From Camelus dromedarius (taxonomy: Eukaryota), in NCBI RefSeq assembly GCF_036321535.1, contig NC_087436.1, forward strand, positions 84,074,001 to 84,138,000: DNA of 64,000 bases, in the 5' to 3' direction. Every line of letters starts with the position of its first letter. Position 1 is the first letter of the stretch. A program made the translations under genes and the position numbers. This document shows, one piece after another, positions 51,201 to 63,699 of this stretch. The notes beneath the pieces are model-generated. The model had not been told where the DNA came from. It ran no database searches and was given only the letters and a program-made list of their open reading frames with translations.

Positions 51201-51285
51201 ATGGTTGTTTAGCATTCAGTTTCATTGTAGTCATAAGGAGAGGCGAGCTCATGGTCTTACTACCCCACCATCTTGACTGGAACTC
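48220..51285 (-). mobile_element. Composite ORF1-only (HAL1-like) non-autonomous retrotransposon
   Basis: Minus strand: L1-type 5' end GAGTTCCAGTCAAGATGG; ~930-bp 5'UTR; decayed ORF1 (50355 to ~49430); inverted ORF2 scraps (~48900-49427); L1MC-like 3' end with AATAAA and A-rich tail; degenerate 15-bp TSD at 48205-48219 and 51286-51300. Confidence 0.72.
49430..50355 (-). pseudogene. Decayed L1-type ORF1p
   Basis: MRPQRSISQAKAQDK..EIGNLSEKQFKVMMAKMF (coiled-coil N-terminus) and KEKILKLAKEK..YKGTPIRLLADFSAETLQTRREW..PARLSFRLDGEIKSFTDK (RRM/CTD); broken into separate ORFs. Confidence 0.9.
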
Positions 51286-51344
51286 AGCATCCAGTGTTTT
51301 ACCTTCTCAGTGTTTATCATAAATAATTTTTGTTTTATTTACAG

Positions 51345-51720
51345 TGAAAACATTTACAATTTTTGAGACTTTATTTTTAGAACAGTTTTAGATTTACAGA
51401 AAAATTGAGCAGATAGTACAATATCCCATATACTTTCAGCCCAATGTAGTTTCCCCTATTATTATATTAAAATAGCACATTTGTTATAATTAATGAATCA
51501 ATATGCAATTGTTACTTTTGATACATTAATATTAACTAAATTCCATAGTTTTTTCAGATTTCTGTAGTTTTTGCCTAATGTCCTTTCTCTGTTCCAGAGT
51601 CCCATCCAGGAGTATGTTTCATTGTTATGTCTCTAGGCGATGACAGTTCCTCAAACTTTCTTTATTTTTCATAACCTTGACAGTTTTGAGGATTCCTAGT
51701 CAGGTATATTGTCAGATGTT
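51345..51720 (-). mobile_element. Ancient L1M 3' fragment
   Basis: gactttatttttagaacagttttagatttacagaaaaattgagcag; much more diverged than the 48220 element. Confidence 0.7.
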
Positions 51721-52578
51721 ACCTTTAAGTAAACTATTTATTTACGTGCAATCTATTAATAGTAATTTAATTATCTTCATGCAATTAGTATTAGCCTTTC
51801 TCAGTACACTATAATCTCCACGAAGTTTGGGCCATCTCTGACTTACTCATATCTGTATCTCAGGAGTTAATATACAGCAGATACTGAATATAAATTGCTG
51901 ATTGAATACATGATTTGCTTAGGAAACAATTCCTATAGGACGTTATCACTGGAAATTCCCTTTCTTAGGAATTCTTCTCAAGGTAAGGTTAAGTGTGGCC
52001 TCCTTAGTGTATCAGTACATATCCTGTTCCTTCTAGATGAATTTTAGATTTCTTCTTCCAATTAACTTTTCCATGTTATTTTACTTTACGATAAGTCTTC
52101 TTTTTATCAACATCTTTAGCTTTCATTTTCACCTATATATGGCCTTATTACAGTTAATCCTTACTGAGCATTGTTGAGCATATCCAAGGAGCTGTAACTT
52201 CAGCAAATGTATTAAGAAAGAAAACCTCCTTTTGAGATGCTTGCCTGAGGAAACTGGACATGTACATAAAGGTAAATAACACTAAATAAAACATTGGGTC
52301 AACTGGTAACTGAATGATATAAACTTGAGTTATTTGCCAGGTTTGGGGGAAGAGAAAACTCAGTAAGACTCAAGAGAGTAGGCTTTGACAAAAATCCAAA
52401 AATGAGGCTCAATCTTCAGAGTTCTAAGAGCATGGTCCTGGTAATGGATATTCCGTTGTCCGCCCTGAAAATCTCCATAGCACCCCTTCTAAATAAGAGG
52501 TATGTATGAGCTTTGAAATCAAAATCCCAGCTCTGTCCATTTGTTATAAACTGTGTGCTCAAGAATAAAGTGTGTAAA

Positions 52579-54797
52579 ACCTACAGCCAGCATAGTACTC
52601 AACGGTGAAAAACTCAAAAGCTTCCCACTAAAATCTGGGATAAGACAAGGATGCCCACTATCACCACTCCTATTCAACATAGTCCTGGAAGTCCCAGCCA
52701 CAGCAATCAGGCAAGAGAAAGAAATAAAAGGGATCCAAATTGGAAAAGAAGAGGTAAAAGTGTCACTATATGCTGACGACATGTTACTATATATATAAAA
52801 CCCTAAAAGGTCCACACAAAAGGTACTAGAGCTGATTGAAGAATTCAGCAAGGTAGCAGGTTACAAAATTAACGTTCAAAAATCAGTTGCATTTCTTTAC
52901 ACTAATGATGAATCAACAGAAAAAGAAAGTAAAGAAACAATCCCCTTTAAAATAGCACCCAAAGTAATAAAATATCTGGGAATAAATCTAACCAAGGAGG
53001 TGAAAGAATTATACACAGAAAACTATAAACCATTGATGAAGGAAATTAAAGAAGACTTTAAAAAATGGAAAGATATTCCATGCTCTTGGATTGGAAGAAT
53101 CAATATTGTTAAAATGGTCACACTGCCCACGGCAATCTACAGATTTAATGCAATCCCTATCAAATTACCCAGGACATATTTCACAGAACTAGAACAAATC
53201 ATAATAAGATTTATATGGAACCATCAAAGACCTAGAATTGCCAAAGCATTACTGAAGAGAAAGAAAGAGGCTGGAGGAATAACTCTCCCAGACTTCAGGC
53301 AATACTATAGAGCTACAGTCATCAAGACAGCATGGTATTGGTACAAAAACAGACATATAGACCAATGGAACAGAATAGAGAGCCCAGAAATGAACCCACA
53401 AACTTTTGGTCAACTAATCTTCGACAAAGGAGGCAAGACTATACAATGGAATAAAGACAGTCTCTTCAGCAAATGATGTTGGGAAAACTGGACAGCAGCA
53501 TGTAAAACAATGAAGCTAGAACACTCCCTTACACCATACACAAAAATCAACACAAAATGGATCAAAGACTTAAACATAAGACAAGATACAATAAACCTCC
53601 TAGAGGAAAATATAGGCAAAACATTATCTGACATACATTTCAAAAATTTTCTCCTAGAAGAAATAAAAGCAAGAATAAACAAATGGGACCTAATGAAACT
53701 TACAAGCTTCTGCACAGCAAAGGAAACCAGAAGTAAAACAAGAAGACAACCTACGGAATGGGAGAAAATTTTTGCAAATGAAACCAACAAAGGCTTGATC
53801 TCCAGAATATATAAGCAGCTCATACAACTCAATAAGAAAAAAATAAACAACCCAATCCAAAAATGGACAGAAGACCTAAACAAGCAATTCTCCAAGGAAG
53901 ACATACAAATGATCAAAAGGCACATGAAAAAATGCTCAATATCACTAATTATCAGAGAAATGCAAATCAAAACTACAATAAGGTATCACCTCACACCAGT
54001 CAGAATGGCCATCATTCAAAATCCACAAATGACAAATGCTGCAGAGGCTGTGGAGAAAGGGGAACCTTCCTACACTGCTGGTGGGAATGCAGTTTGGTGC
54101 AGCCACTATGGAAAACAGTGTGGAAATTCCTCAAAAGACTAGGAATAGACTTACCATATGACCCAGGAATCCCACTCCTGGGCTTGTATCCAGAAGGAAC
54201 CCTACTTCAGGATGACATCTGCACCCCAATGTTCATAGCAGCACTATTTACAATAGCCAAAACATGGAAACAGCCTAAATGTCCATCAACAGGTGACTGG
54301 ATAAAGAAGAGGTTGTATATTTATACAATGGAATACTACTCAGCCATAAAAACCAACATAATGCCATTTGCAGCAACATGGATGCTCCTGGAGAATGTCA
54401 TTCTAAGTGAAGTAAGCCAGAAAGAGAAAGAAAAATACCATATGAGATCGCTCATATGTGGAATCTAAAAAACAAAAACAAAAACAAACAAACAAAAACA
54501 AAGCGTAAATACAGGACAGAAATAGACTCATAGACAGAGAATACAGACTTGTGGTTGCCAGGGGGGTGGAGGGTGGGAAGGGATAGACTGGGATTTCAAA
54601 ATTGTAGAATAGATAAACAAGATTACACTGTATAGCACAGAGAAATATACACAAAATGTTATGATAACTCACAGAGAAAAAAATGTGACAATGAGTGTGT
54701 ATATGTCCATGAATGACTGAAAAATTGTGCTGAACACTGGAATTTGACACAACATTGTAAAATGATTATAAATCAATAAAAAATGTTAAAAAAAAAT
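52579..54797 (+). mobile_element. Young 5'-truncated L1 (2.2 kb): ORF2 RT and C-terminus with stops and a frameshift, 3'UTR, A tail
   Basis: [24 protein letters not shown] reverse-transcriptase motifs; TSD aataaa(g/t)tgtgtaaa at 52564-52578 and 54798-54812. Confidence 0.97.
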
Positions 54798-55254
54798 AAT
54801 AAATTGTGTAAATATTCTGCATGTGTTAAGAAAAATTATCCCAAGGATGATTCAATTCTCTAAGGAAATGACAACTTTTGCTGTGCTACTTGATATTGTT
54901 TAGGCCCAGGCTCTGTGAAGGTACTTGTTAGCTTGTAGATTTTTGTTTGGTAGAGAGGCAACTGATTCCTCTCCAGCAGAAAGATACCACAAAGGGCTAT
55001 TTAGAGTCTTTTTTTCCCTGTAGGACATTAATTAGCTGTGTCTCTCACCTAGCAAATTTATTTAGCATGTCTTTCCTGGTCTCTATTTATCAAATGTTCT
55101 TTGAAACAGCTTTATCATCTGCTGGTTCCTTTACTGATAAGTTAGACAAATCTTTCAGGCACACACATACACACACATTTCTGTGGGAGCCATATTTTAA
55201 CTTTGGATCAAGATTTATGGTTTTCTTTCACGGCCAGAGATTTGATTTTTAATT

Positions 55255-55390
55255 TTTTTTAACCTAATTTTTTCTTTGGGGGGGGGGGAATTAGGTGTAT
55301 TATTTATTTAGAGGAGATACTGGGGATTGAACCCAGGACCTTGTGCTTGCTAGGCATGCACTCTATCACTTGAGCCATATCCTACACCCC
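55255..55390 (-). mobile_element. tRNA-derived SINE
   Basis: ctggggattgaacccaggacc..gcatgcactctatcacttgagccata. Confidence 0.88.
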
Positions 55391-56299
55391 CATATTTTAA
55401 CTTTGAACAACCAACTAAAAATATCATTTTCCTTACCCCTGAGTTTCTTCTTTGTAGTCAGTGTCATGTGGGAAAAGACCTTTTCTCTGGCAAAAGATTG
55501 GCCCAGTTGCCACAGCTTATGGGGCTTATTTTTTTCTGCTTATACATGACAATGAAGTTTAGTTTTGAACATATGAAGTTGAAAATGCCCATGGTACATC
55601 CCAGTGGAGATGTTAAAGAAGCTCTAAGCTTAGAGTTCAGGGGAGAGGCCCGGGCTGACGGTGTAAGTTTAGGAGGCATTTGTATCAACAAGAAGATATT
55701 TAAAGTCATGAGAATAGACGGGGATGGGAAAAGGAGTGGAGGAAAGAATGAGAGAAGAAATAAAGACAGACACAGAATAGTTGACATGATACAATCTCAA
55801 ATTGGAACTCCAATATTTAGAGACCCATGGAGGAGAAGTAGCAAAGGAGACTGGAGAGGGAACAGATACATCAGAGAACAAAACAGTATAGTGTCAAAGA
55901 AACCAGAAGCCTAGGTCAAAAGCTGCTGAGAGGCTATGTCTAAGGAGTAGAATGTATATATTAGATATGGCAGCATGGAAGATAGCCATGACTTTGAAAA
56001 GGTCACTTTGGGTAGAGTGATGAGGACAGACAACTGGCTGGCTTTGTATGGGTTGAAGGCTGAACAGAAGCTGAAGATGTGAAGGCAGCACAAGTAGAAA
56101 ACTTGTACTTTGTAGCTATATTTGTACCTGAGACTTCTGGGAGAAGAGATTAAGACTACAAGCATTTATTACATTCTTAGCATGATTCAGATGATTTAAC
56201 CCAAGTGAAATCCAACAAAAACAGATACCCGCTACCACACTGTGCTATGTTATAGAACTACTGACAGAATACTTGGGAAGCTTCCACTCAAGTAGAATG

Positions 56300-56515
56300 T
56301 GGGTTCTAGAGCCTGACTGCCTGGGTTACTATCCCAGCTCTTTCACTAACTAGCCCAATGACCTTGGGCGATTACTACAACTCTGAGCCTCAGTTTCTTT
56401 ATCTGTAACATGGGGGTGGATAGCAGTACCTACTTCATAAGGCTGTTGTAGAGATAAAAAGTGTTAGAATATGCCTACACAAAGTAAGTGCTCAATAAAG
56501 ATTACCTTTATTATT
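56300..56515. mobile_element. MIR SINE
   Basis: tctagagcctgactgcctgggtt..gaccttgggc..ctctgagcctcagtttctttatctgtaacatggg..taagtgctcaataaa. Confidence 0.8.
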
Positions 56516-56675
56516 ACTTTTTCCAAGGAGGTATTTTAGGTGAGAAAATAGTTTAAACGATTTCTAAATGCAAGGTATTAAGTGTCATGATCAAAGCATG
56601 CATTAGGGTTATGAGAGCCCAGAGGAATTGCTTGGCCCAGTAAGGGCTCAGGAAACCTCCCCACTGGGGTGACTC

Positions 56676-57324
56676 AGATGCAGGAAAATGGATGTGGGAC
56701 GTGAGGAGGGCCGTGCCCCAGGTCTTTGTGGAGCCCCTGGGCTGTGCCCCACCAGGTATGGGTCCTTGGCTTCATGCAGGAAAGAATTCAAGTGTGAGGC
56801 ACAGTTGAGTAAAGGTAGATTTATTTAGAGAGATACATACTGCATAGAGTGTAAGACAAGAGAAAGGCAAGGAAAAAGGTGTGGGAATTGGGTGCTCAAG
56901 TTAAAGTAAAAGTAGGTACACACTTCATAGACAGAGTGTGGGCCATCTCTGAAGAGGAGGGAGCGAAAAAGGGCTGCCAGGTGTGCTGTTGCCAGTTTTT
57001 ATGGGCTCAGTAGCTTCACATGCCTACACATGGGACCATTCCAGATACCCTGGGGAGGGGGCTGGGATTGCCAGGAATTTGGCCACCACCCACTCTTTGA
57101 CCTTTTGTGGTTAGCCTTGGGACTGTCCTGGCACCTGTGGGCATGTTATTGATCACACTAATATGTTACAATGAGCATATAATGAAGCTCAAGTTCCACT
57201 AGAAGTCAAACCTCCCATCATCGCAATCCTCGAGGCCAACTGGGAGTTGAACCTTCCACCATTTTGGTGTTAACTGCTGTCATTCCTTAAAAAGCTGTGC
57301 CCTGCCCTCTTCCATCCTGTCTCA
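56676..57324 (-). mobile_element. Solo ERV1-class LTR
   Basis: Minus strand starts TGAGACAGGATGG; internal AATAAA (~56820-56825); 4-bp TSD ACTC at 56672-56675 and 57325-57328. Confidence 0.8.
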
Positions 57325-57756
57325 ACTCGATCTCTGTCTGGACTATACAGTTTTTTCTCATGATGACCCTATGAGGATACACTGCAAAGATACCGAAGCT
57401 TAAAAAGAATCAGAAAAGATGTTGCAGTTTGTTATGGACAGGAAGCTTCTTTACAGAATTTTTCTTGTATTCTACAAAACTGTGAAGACCTGGGAGTTTG
57501 TAGCTTTGAGATCATATATATCTTGAGCAAAGACTGTATCTCTTAGCCTGTGCTTATGAAATTTCTCAACTTCCACTTAACTGTCAGGAGGTAGGGAGAT
57601 AGTCAGGGAGAGATAAAGATTTTGCTAGGGCTTTGCTGCCATTATCTGACTATTTTCCCCAGCAGAGGCTTGTGTGTTGTTAATATAAACTCCTATTTAG
57701 TAAGAAAGGAGTGATAGTAAACCAATCTAATCAAGTTCCTCCTCATTAAAAGCCCA

Positions 57757-57932
57757 TGGAAGGGAGGGTATGGCTCAGTGGTAGAGCTGCTGCTTAACAT
57801 GCATGAGGCCCTGGGTTCAATCCCCAGTACCTCCATTTAAAAACATATAAAAATTTAAAATATATATATATATAAAATAAATAAATTTAAATTAACCTAA
57901 CATTATTCCCCTCAAAACAAACAAACAAAAAA
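57757..57932 (+). mobile_element. tRNA-derived SINE
   Basis: ggagggtatggctcagtggtagagc..ctgggttcaatccccagtacctcc with an A-rich tail. Confidence 0.9.
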
Positions 57933-58099
57933 TCAATGTTCCTTCATGGTAAAGCCCTCAGTAAGTCCTGGTTTAAGATAGTTTCTATTTGTATTCTTTT
58001 CATTCTTAAATTTCCCCTTATGAAAAGCCTTCCATTTAGTTCTTGCTTTTGAGACCTGGTCCCACTGAGTTTTAAGAATTCTGTGATCTGAAGTTTCAC

Positions 58100-58245
58100 A
58101 CAGAGTGTAGTACATCAATCAGCAACACAGTCATCACCTGAGAGCTTAGTAAAAATGCAGAATCTGAAGCCCAACCCAGACCTACTGAATCAGAAATTTT
58201 ATTTTGACAAGCTGTCAGTGTACATTAAAACTTAAGAAGCACTGT
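58100..58245. mobile_element. MER5A-like DNA transposon fragment
   Basis: catcacctgagagcttagtaaaaatgcagaatc..cccagacctactgaatcagaa..aagaagcactg. Confidence 0.7.
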
Positions 58246-58478
58246 TATGAAAGAGATAAAAGGAACTTAGGAAAACTTCAGGAATCCAAGAGCTTTTTTC
58301 TCAGAAGTAGAGAAAATCAAAACTACTATGGAAATGTTTTCCAAAATTGTTTTTTTCAAAATCAGATTTGACATTTGGTATATTCATTCAAGTGGCTTGC
58401 TACAGAGTTTAAGGTCCTTTTTAAGTACTCAACTCTTTTCAGAGAACTGAACATTCACATTGACAAGAAGGTCTTAAA

Positions 58479-58748
58479 AATGTGACAATGAATATATGTA
58501 TATTCATGTATAATTGAAAAATTGTGCTCTACATTGGAATTTGACACAACATTGTAAAATGACTATAACTCAATAAAAAATGTTTCAAAAATTTTTTTAA
58601 AAAAGAGGAAATTTGTAGGGGAGAGACAAAGAACAAATTCTTCTTCACAGCCCTCAAAAGGAACCAACCTGCTGTCATCTTGCTTGCAGGCTTCTGGCCT
58701 CCAAAACTGTGAGACAATAAATTTCTGTTGTTTAAACCAAAAAAAAAA
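58479..58748 (+). mobile_element. Short L1 3' end plus transduced MLT1 LTR fragment and poly(A), inside one TSD
   Basis: L1 tail 58479-58604; MLT1-like 58605-58738 with AATAAA at 58716-58721; A run from 58739; TSD aaggtcttaaa at 58468-58478 and 58748-58758. Confidence 0.85.
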
Positions 58749-59219
58749 AGGTCTTAAATAATGACAATGGAAAGGACACATTCTTTATTTTAAACTCAGC
58801 CCTCAGACAAAGTCATCTCTAAGAATATGAGTCAAACAGAAGAAGTGAAATGGCTTCTATTGCCATATCTTCTTTTTTCCTTCCAGAATCAATAGTAGAC
58901 ACTTTAAAAACTCTTTTTCTATTTCTAAAAAACTCATCTTTCACTGCTTGTAGACGACCAAGTGTCCTCTATGACAATTTATTCTTATACTATTCCACAC
59001 AGTCAAGAGTTTGACAATTTAAATTTCCTTTCTGTGAACTTCTTGGTTTCAAGGAATTCTTTGTAACCACTTCTACCTACAACTCTATTTTTCAGGCTTG
59101 CAAGTACATTTTAGTATCATTTATCAGGAACAGTTTGTCAATTTTAAATAATATTGGGACTGGGCTCATAAAGACATTGAGAAGTTCATGATGATGAGTA
59201 TAATTTATCTTACTTGAGT

Positions 59220-59333
59220 ATTTTTGTTTTTGCTTTATTTTCCCCACCCTTAACAGAGGCACTGGGGATTGAACCCAGGACCCTGTGCATGGCAAGCACT
59301 CAGTCTACCACTAAGCTATGCTCCCCTATCCCC
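59220..59333 (-). mobile_element. tRNA-derived SINE
   Basis: actggggattgaacccaggaccctgtgcatggcaagcact..ctaccactaagctat. Confidence 0.85.
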
Positions 59334-59489
59334 CTACTTGGGCATATTTGAAATGTGACTAATTATGAAGGCAGCAGGAGCCCCAAGTAAAACTTTATCC
59401 AGTGTGGCTGGCCTTTTTTGCATACCTTTCCAGGAAGTGGCCAACAGTGGAAAGCTGGAAAGTTAGGATTTGAAAAAGGAGCTCCTGAC

Positions 59490-60021
59490 TGTGACCAAAT
59501 GCAAATGCAAGTACGTGTGCCTGATGCAGTGAGGCCAAATGAAACAAAACGTGGCCAAGCAAGGAGAATGAGGGCTTGTGCCTCAAACCCCAAACTCCCT
59601 GATGGGTTTTCTGGGAGAAGTTTTTATGGGCAAAATTTGGAGTGAGGGCTACGGGGTCTATGACTTTCTTCTCATTGGTTGGTGGCAAGGTAACAGGGCC
59701 GTGCTCCAACCTGAAGTTGCCATCTTCCACATGGGGGAGGGGTGGTCCTTAGTTCCTGCAGAAGAGCTCAAAGATACTGTTATGTATATTCCTTGAGGAG
59801 GAACAAGGACCCTGCCCCAAGGACGCAGGATTGTTTCTTGACTGCTCCTCCTTTGTTCCTGCATTCCCTTCCTTTCCTGATAAGCAACTCTTTGAATCCA
59901 CCCTTTGGAATTCAGGGAAGGTCTAGGAGGCTGAATGAAGCGTATTTCCTATCAATAGAAACAGAAGACATGGAAAGGACTTGAATCCTGGAGGGCCACA
60001 CAGGGTCCTGGCTCTGTTTCA
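59490..60021 (-). mobile_element. Solo ERV LTR
   Basis: Minus strand starts TGAAACAGAGCCAGGACCCTG; CCAAT box (ccaaccaatgag) and TATA-like cccataaaaac; left boundary uncertain (may extend to 59366). Confidence 0.65.
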
Positions 60022-61689
60022 TGGTTCTTAACTAACCGTTGAGGTGTGATGGGCTGAGGATCAGGACACATACTAAATTGTTAAAAAGTTCATAATGAGG
60101 TACTTTCAATAGTCTTAAAGTTTCAGGTGTTTCCCCCAAATCAGGATGCATTAAAGGGGAGTATTTTGCTCCAATATAATTAAACTAATGTATTGGATTA
60201 TACTATTTTATGCTCATCTCCATGAAGCCCTGTCCTGGTGTCATTTACTGAGCGTACTGCTCCAAATAAGCCAGTAATCTTGACTCCCATTCCCTACTCT
60301 CTCAAAGCTCCTAGTAGTAGAAAGAATGTGAATTTTAGAGTCAAGAGTACCCTAAGAGAGCCCCATTTTTCTCATATGAAAAGGAAAGTGATAATACCTC
60401 TTACATACGGTAGGAATAAGACCGATCTGTTCAGCCAGTAGCCCATACTCATTATTCAGCAAATGTTAGTTCCTTTCTCTCTCTGGCAGCTCATAAAATA
60501 TCTTGATCCTTCAAGAAAGATTGCTGGGTGCAGAAGGCAGAAATGGAAGACAGCCCCTAGGGCACTGTCATCACACTAGCCAGGACCCTCTCTTTTCTCT
60601 GTCTGTCCTCAGAATTCCCCAGCTGCAGGCTTGCAATATTAAGAGTCACTTTGCCTGTAACAGAGGCAGCTTGGGGATCCAATGGAGATCTGAGATGGAA
60701 CTGCTGCCCAAAATCTTGTGACAATGGGCATACACTGTAGAGAAGAAAATCATGTATTTCAGTGTGAGCAAACCCCTGGGATTTCCCTTAGTTCTCAGTG
60801 TGCCTTCAGCAGTGTCTGCAGCCTCTGGCTCCGTGGATACTTTCATTGAGGCAATAGTCTCCATTGTCACGAGCAGCCTCCCAGGGTAATTGTCAGTGAC
60901 AAGGGTTAGGAGAGGGAGAAAAGCCACAGAACAGACATCAAAGGCAATTATAGCAAACCCCAGGTTGCTGTGAATGGAAGCAATCACTCAGAATGTCATT
61001 TTGGAAATAAATTCCCTGGATAGATTAAACATTTTGATAGTCACCAAAGTAAAAATGTGACCCCAGAGCTTTCTATGAAAAAGATGTTTTGACCAAAAGC
61101 ATACCAGCATCTGCTTCCTAGGGTTGAGTATTTCCTGATTTGCAAATGCACTCCTTCCTGGTACCTCAAAACCTATTTGGTTACGTTTCCAAAGTAGTCA
61201 CATCTGTTTTACATTCGACAGTAAGTTCGTATATTCCTTCCTGCCAGTTTGCAACAGTTATGCAGCACCTACTAAGCGCAAAGCATTGCTCCAGGTAACA
61301 TAAAAATTTGACCATAGATATGGGCAAGGGAGCACATTAATGCAAACCAGAGATCTTAGATTACTTATCACCTTGTCCATTACTTTTGTCAGTATGGCTC
61401 CAGGCCATCAGGAAAAATACCTCTCTATGTGGCCATTAAATCTGATAGATGTTTTGAAGGTCCCAGAGAATTAAGGTCCATTTTTCTTGTTCTTAATATT
61501 AGGAAATAGATCCCTAGTTCAAATGGTCTCTTTCTCTCTCTCTCTCTTTTTTTTTTTTTCAGTATTTTATATCCTTATATTTTAGTGTACTTCTCAACTT
61601 TCTCATTCTGGTAATACAGCTACATATCCTTAAAATTGAGATCTCTGTGCCTTATTATTTTGCAACTCCCATTTTTTTTTAACAATATA

Positions 61690-61903
61690 CAGTTGACTCT
61701 TGAACCTTGCAGGTTATTGGCACTGACCCTCTATGCAGTCAAAATCCATTTATAACTTTACAGATGATTCTCTGTATCTATGTTTCCACATCAATGTATT
61801 CGAACAATCACAGAGTGTGTAGTACTGTAGTACATGTTCATTGAAAAATCCACATATAAGTGAACCCATGTTGTTTAAACTCACATTGTTCAAGGGTCAA
61901 CAG
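61690..61903. mobile_element. Tigger2-family MITE (214 bp)
   Basis: TA|cagttgactcttgaac ... ttgttcaagggtcaacag|TA terminal inverted repeats with TA TSD. Confidence 0.85.
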
Positions 61904-62503
61904 TACTCTGTAGATCTTTTCATATCAATAAATATCTAAATTTGTATTTTTTCTTCATATCACATATCACTAGCTCAAATCAAACATTCTATTATGTTAC
62001 TTATCCATCTTCTCCTATTTCTATTGATTGTCATGTTCTCCCACCATAATGCATGTGGAGAACTTGCTGGATGCTCCCATGTCTGAAATAATGCCGGGCA
62101 CATAGTGGGACTTTTACAGACCTTTGTTAAATGAATGATTGAATGAATAACAAAAATTTTATTTTAAATGATAAGATTAATACTATATTAAATTTTTACT
62201 ATTTTACTTTTCTGAATTTGTAGTTTACTCTAAAAATAACATAGAAGATACATTCTTAAAAAGCATTAAAAATTTGAGTAATATAAAAATTGGGGAAAAA
62301 TTATTTTAATACTTCAGGGGTATGGCTTAAAAAAACGTAAACAATCTCCAAATATAAATTTGGAAAAGTCGAGAATTTGATCTTAAATAAGCCGTTCTCA
62401 AAAGTTAACTGGAACAACTTGAAATCTAACTTTTTTTTTTTTTTCCAGAAAATTGTGGGGCCAACTGGTGTAGTTCAAAGTCCAATGACCCCCATTCCTG
62501 TGC

Positions 62504-62915
62504 TGTTAGATATCTGCCTGCGATTCCTCAGAAGATAAAAGTACATTCTTTACTGGATAGCCTTGGGTAATGCCTAATCTTACAATAACTCAGGCTGGTT
62601 TGTTTCAGCCCACCTCATCAGAGTCATAAACCCCACCACCCTTTGAGGACCCGAAACTTTCCTCACCTACAGCCAATCAAAGAGCTGTGTGCAAGGTGAT
62701 CGCACAGCCCCCTATCCACTGTGTTCACCAACTCCTCCCCCTGGTTAAAGGCCTCAGCAACTACCCCCCAGTGCCCACACAGACACCTCCCATCTGTGTG
62801 GCCCACTGTGGTCTACAGCAGCCTATCTATTAAACTTTTCTTTGTCTTTTAAACTTTTCTTTGTCTTTGGTAAATTCTTTTACTGCCTGCGACACTGGGC
62901 TGCCTTGTTCCCCAA
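62504..62915 (+). mobile_element. Probable solo ERV LTR
   Basis: Starts tgttaga; cagccaatca CCAAT box, ttaaagg TATA-like motif, attaaa signal, ggtaaattctttact 3' motif. Confidence 0.55.
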
Positions 62916-63699
62916 CAGAAATCATGGTAAATCTTCCCATGACTGAAATTCAAGGAACATTGAACACCTGAAATGACCAGAGGAATCACTGACTGAAGTA
63001 TGGATGGATGAAAAAATTTGAGTATCACAGCTATATGCTCCATTCCATATTCACTCGCTCCTGCTGACTGCTTGCCTGAAGACATGAACTTCATTGTGCC
63101 TGTCTCACAACACTTCTTTGAGTACAGATATTGTGGAAACACGGAACTTGCAGGCTGCAAGGGGCTGAAGTTCTTGCTTCTTAAGAATGTGTTTATAGAT
63201 CTCTCTAAATGAGAAACAGAGAATGGTATTCTTCTTTGTTCCTTTCCTGGAACAAATGAAGCTCAGAGTAGCATGCAAAAATCAGAGAGAAAATGGGACT
63301 CCACCACAATAATAAGAGCTCTGGATTATTCTGTGTTTGTTGATTATCATTAATGATATCTATGTATGGCTTCACAAAACAACAAATAAGAAAAAAGTCC
63401 TTCGGAGAGAAGAAAATTTCCCTTTGTAGTAACAAAGGTTTACTGTGGGTATTCCCAAGGTGCTGTGAGGAATTAAAAGACGTCCATGACCAGGTCGCTG
63501 CCCTAGGTTCCTGTCTTTGTAGTTTGGGGGAAGATAAGCCTAAAAATCAGGGACAGTATAAAATGAAAATATGGGGCTCCTTGTTAAAATATTTTTGCAA
63601 ATTTCAAGACAATGACTGCAGAGCATTAAATCAAGCACAAGGCTCTTCTAATTGTGGGGCCCCATGTGATTGCACAGCTCACACATCCATGAAGCTGCC

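Noticed and set aside
52553..54468. L1 ORF2 as a functional gene
   Set aside because: 5'-truncated, with stops at ~52796 and ~53474 and a frameshift near 54020.
60646..60987. 113-aa minus-strand ORF in apparently non-repeat sequence
   Set aside because: No recognisable domain or convincing splice pattern; may be conserved non-coding DNA, which cannot be tested here.
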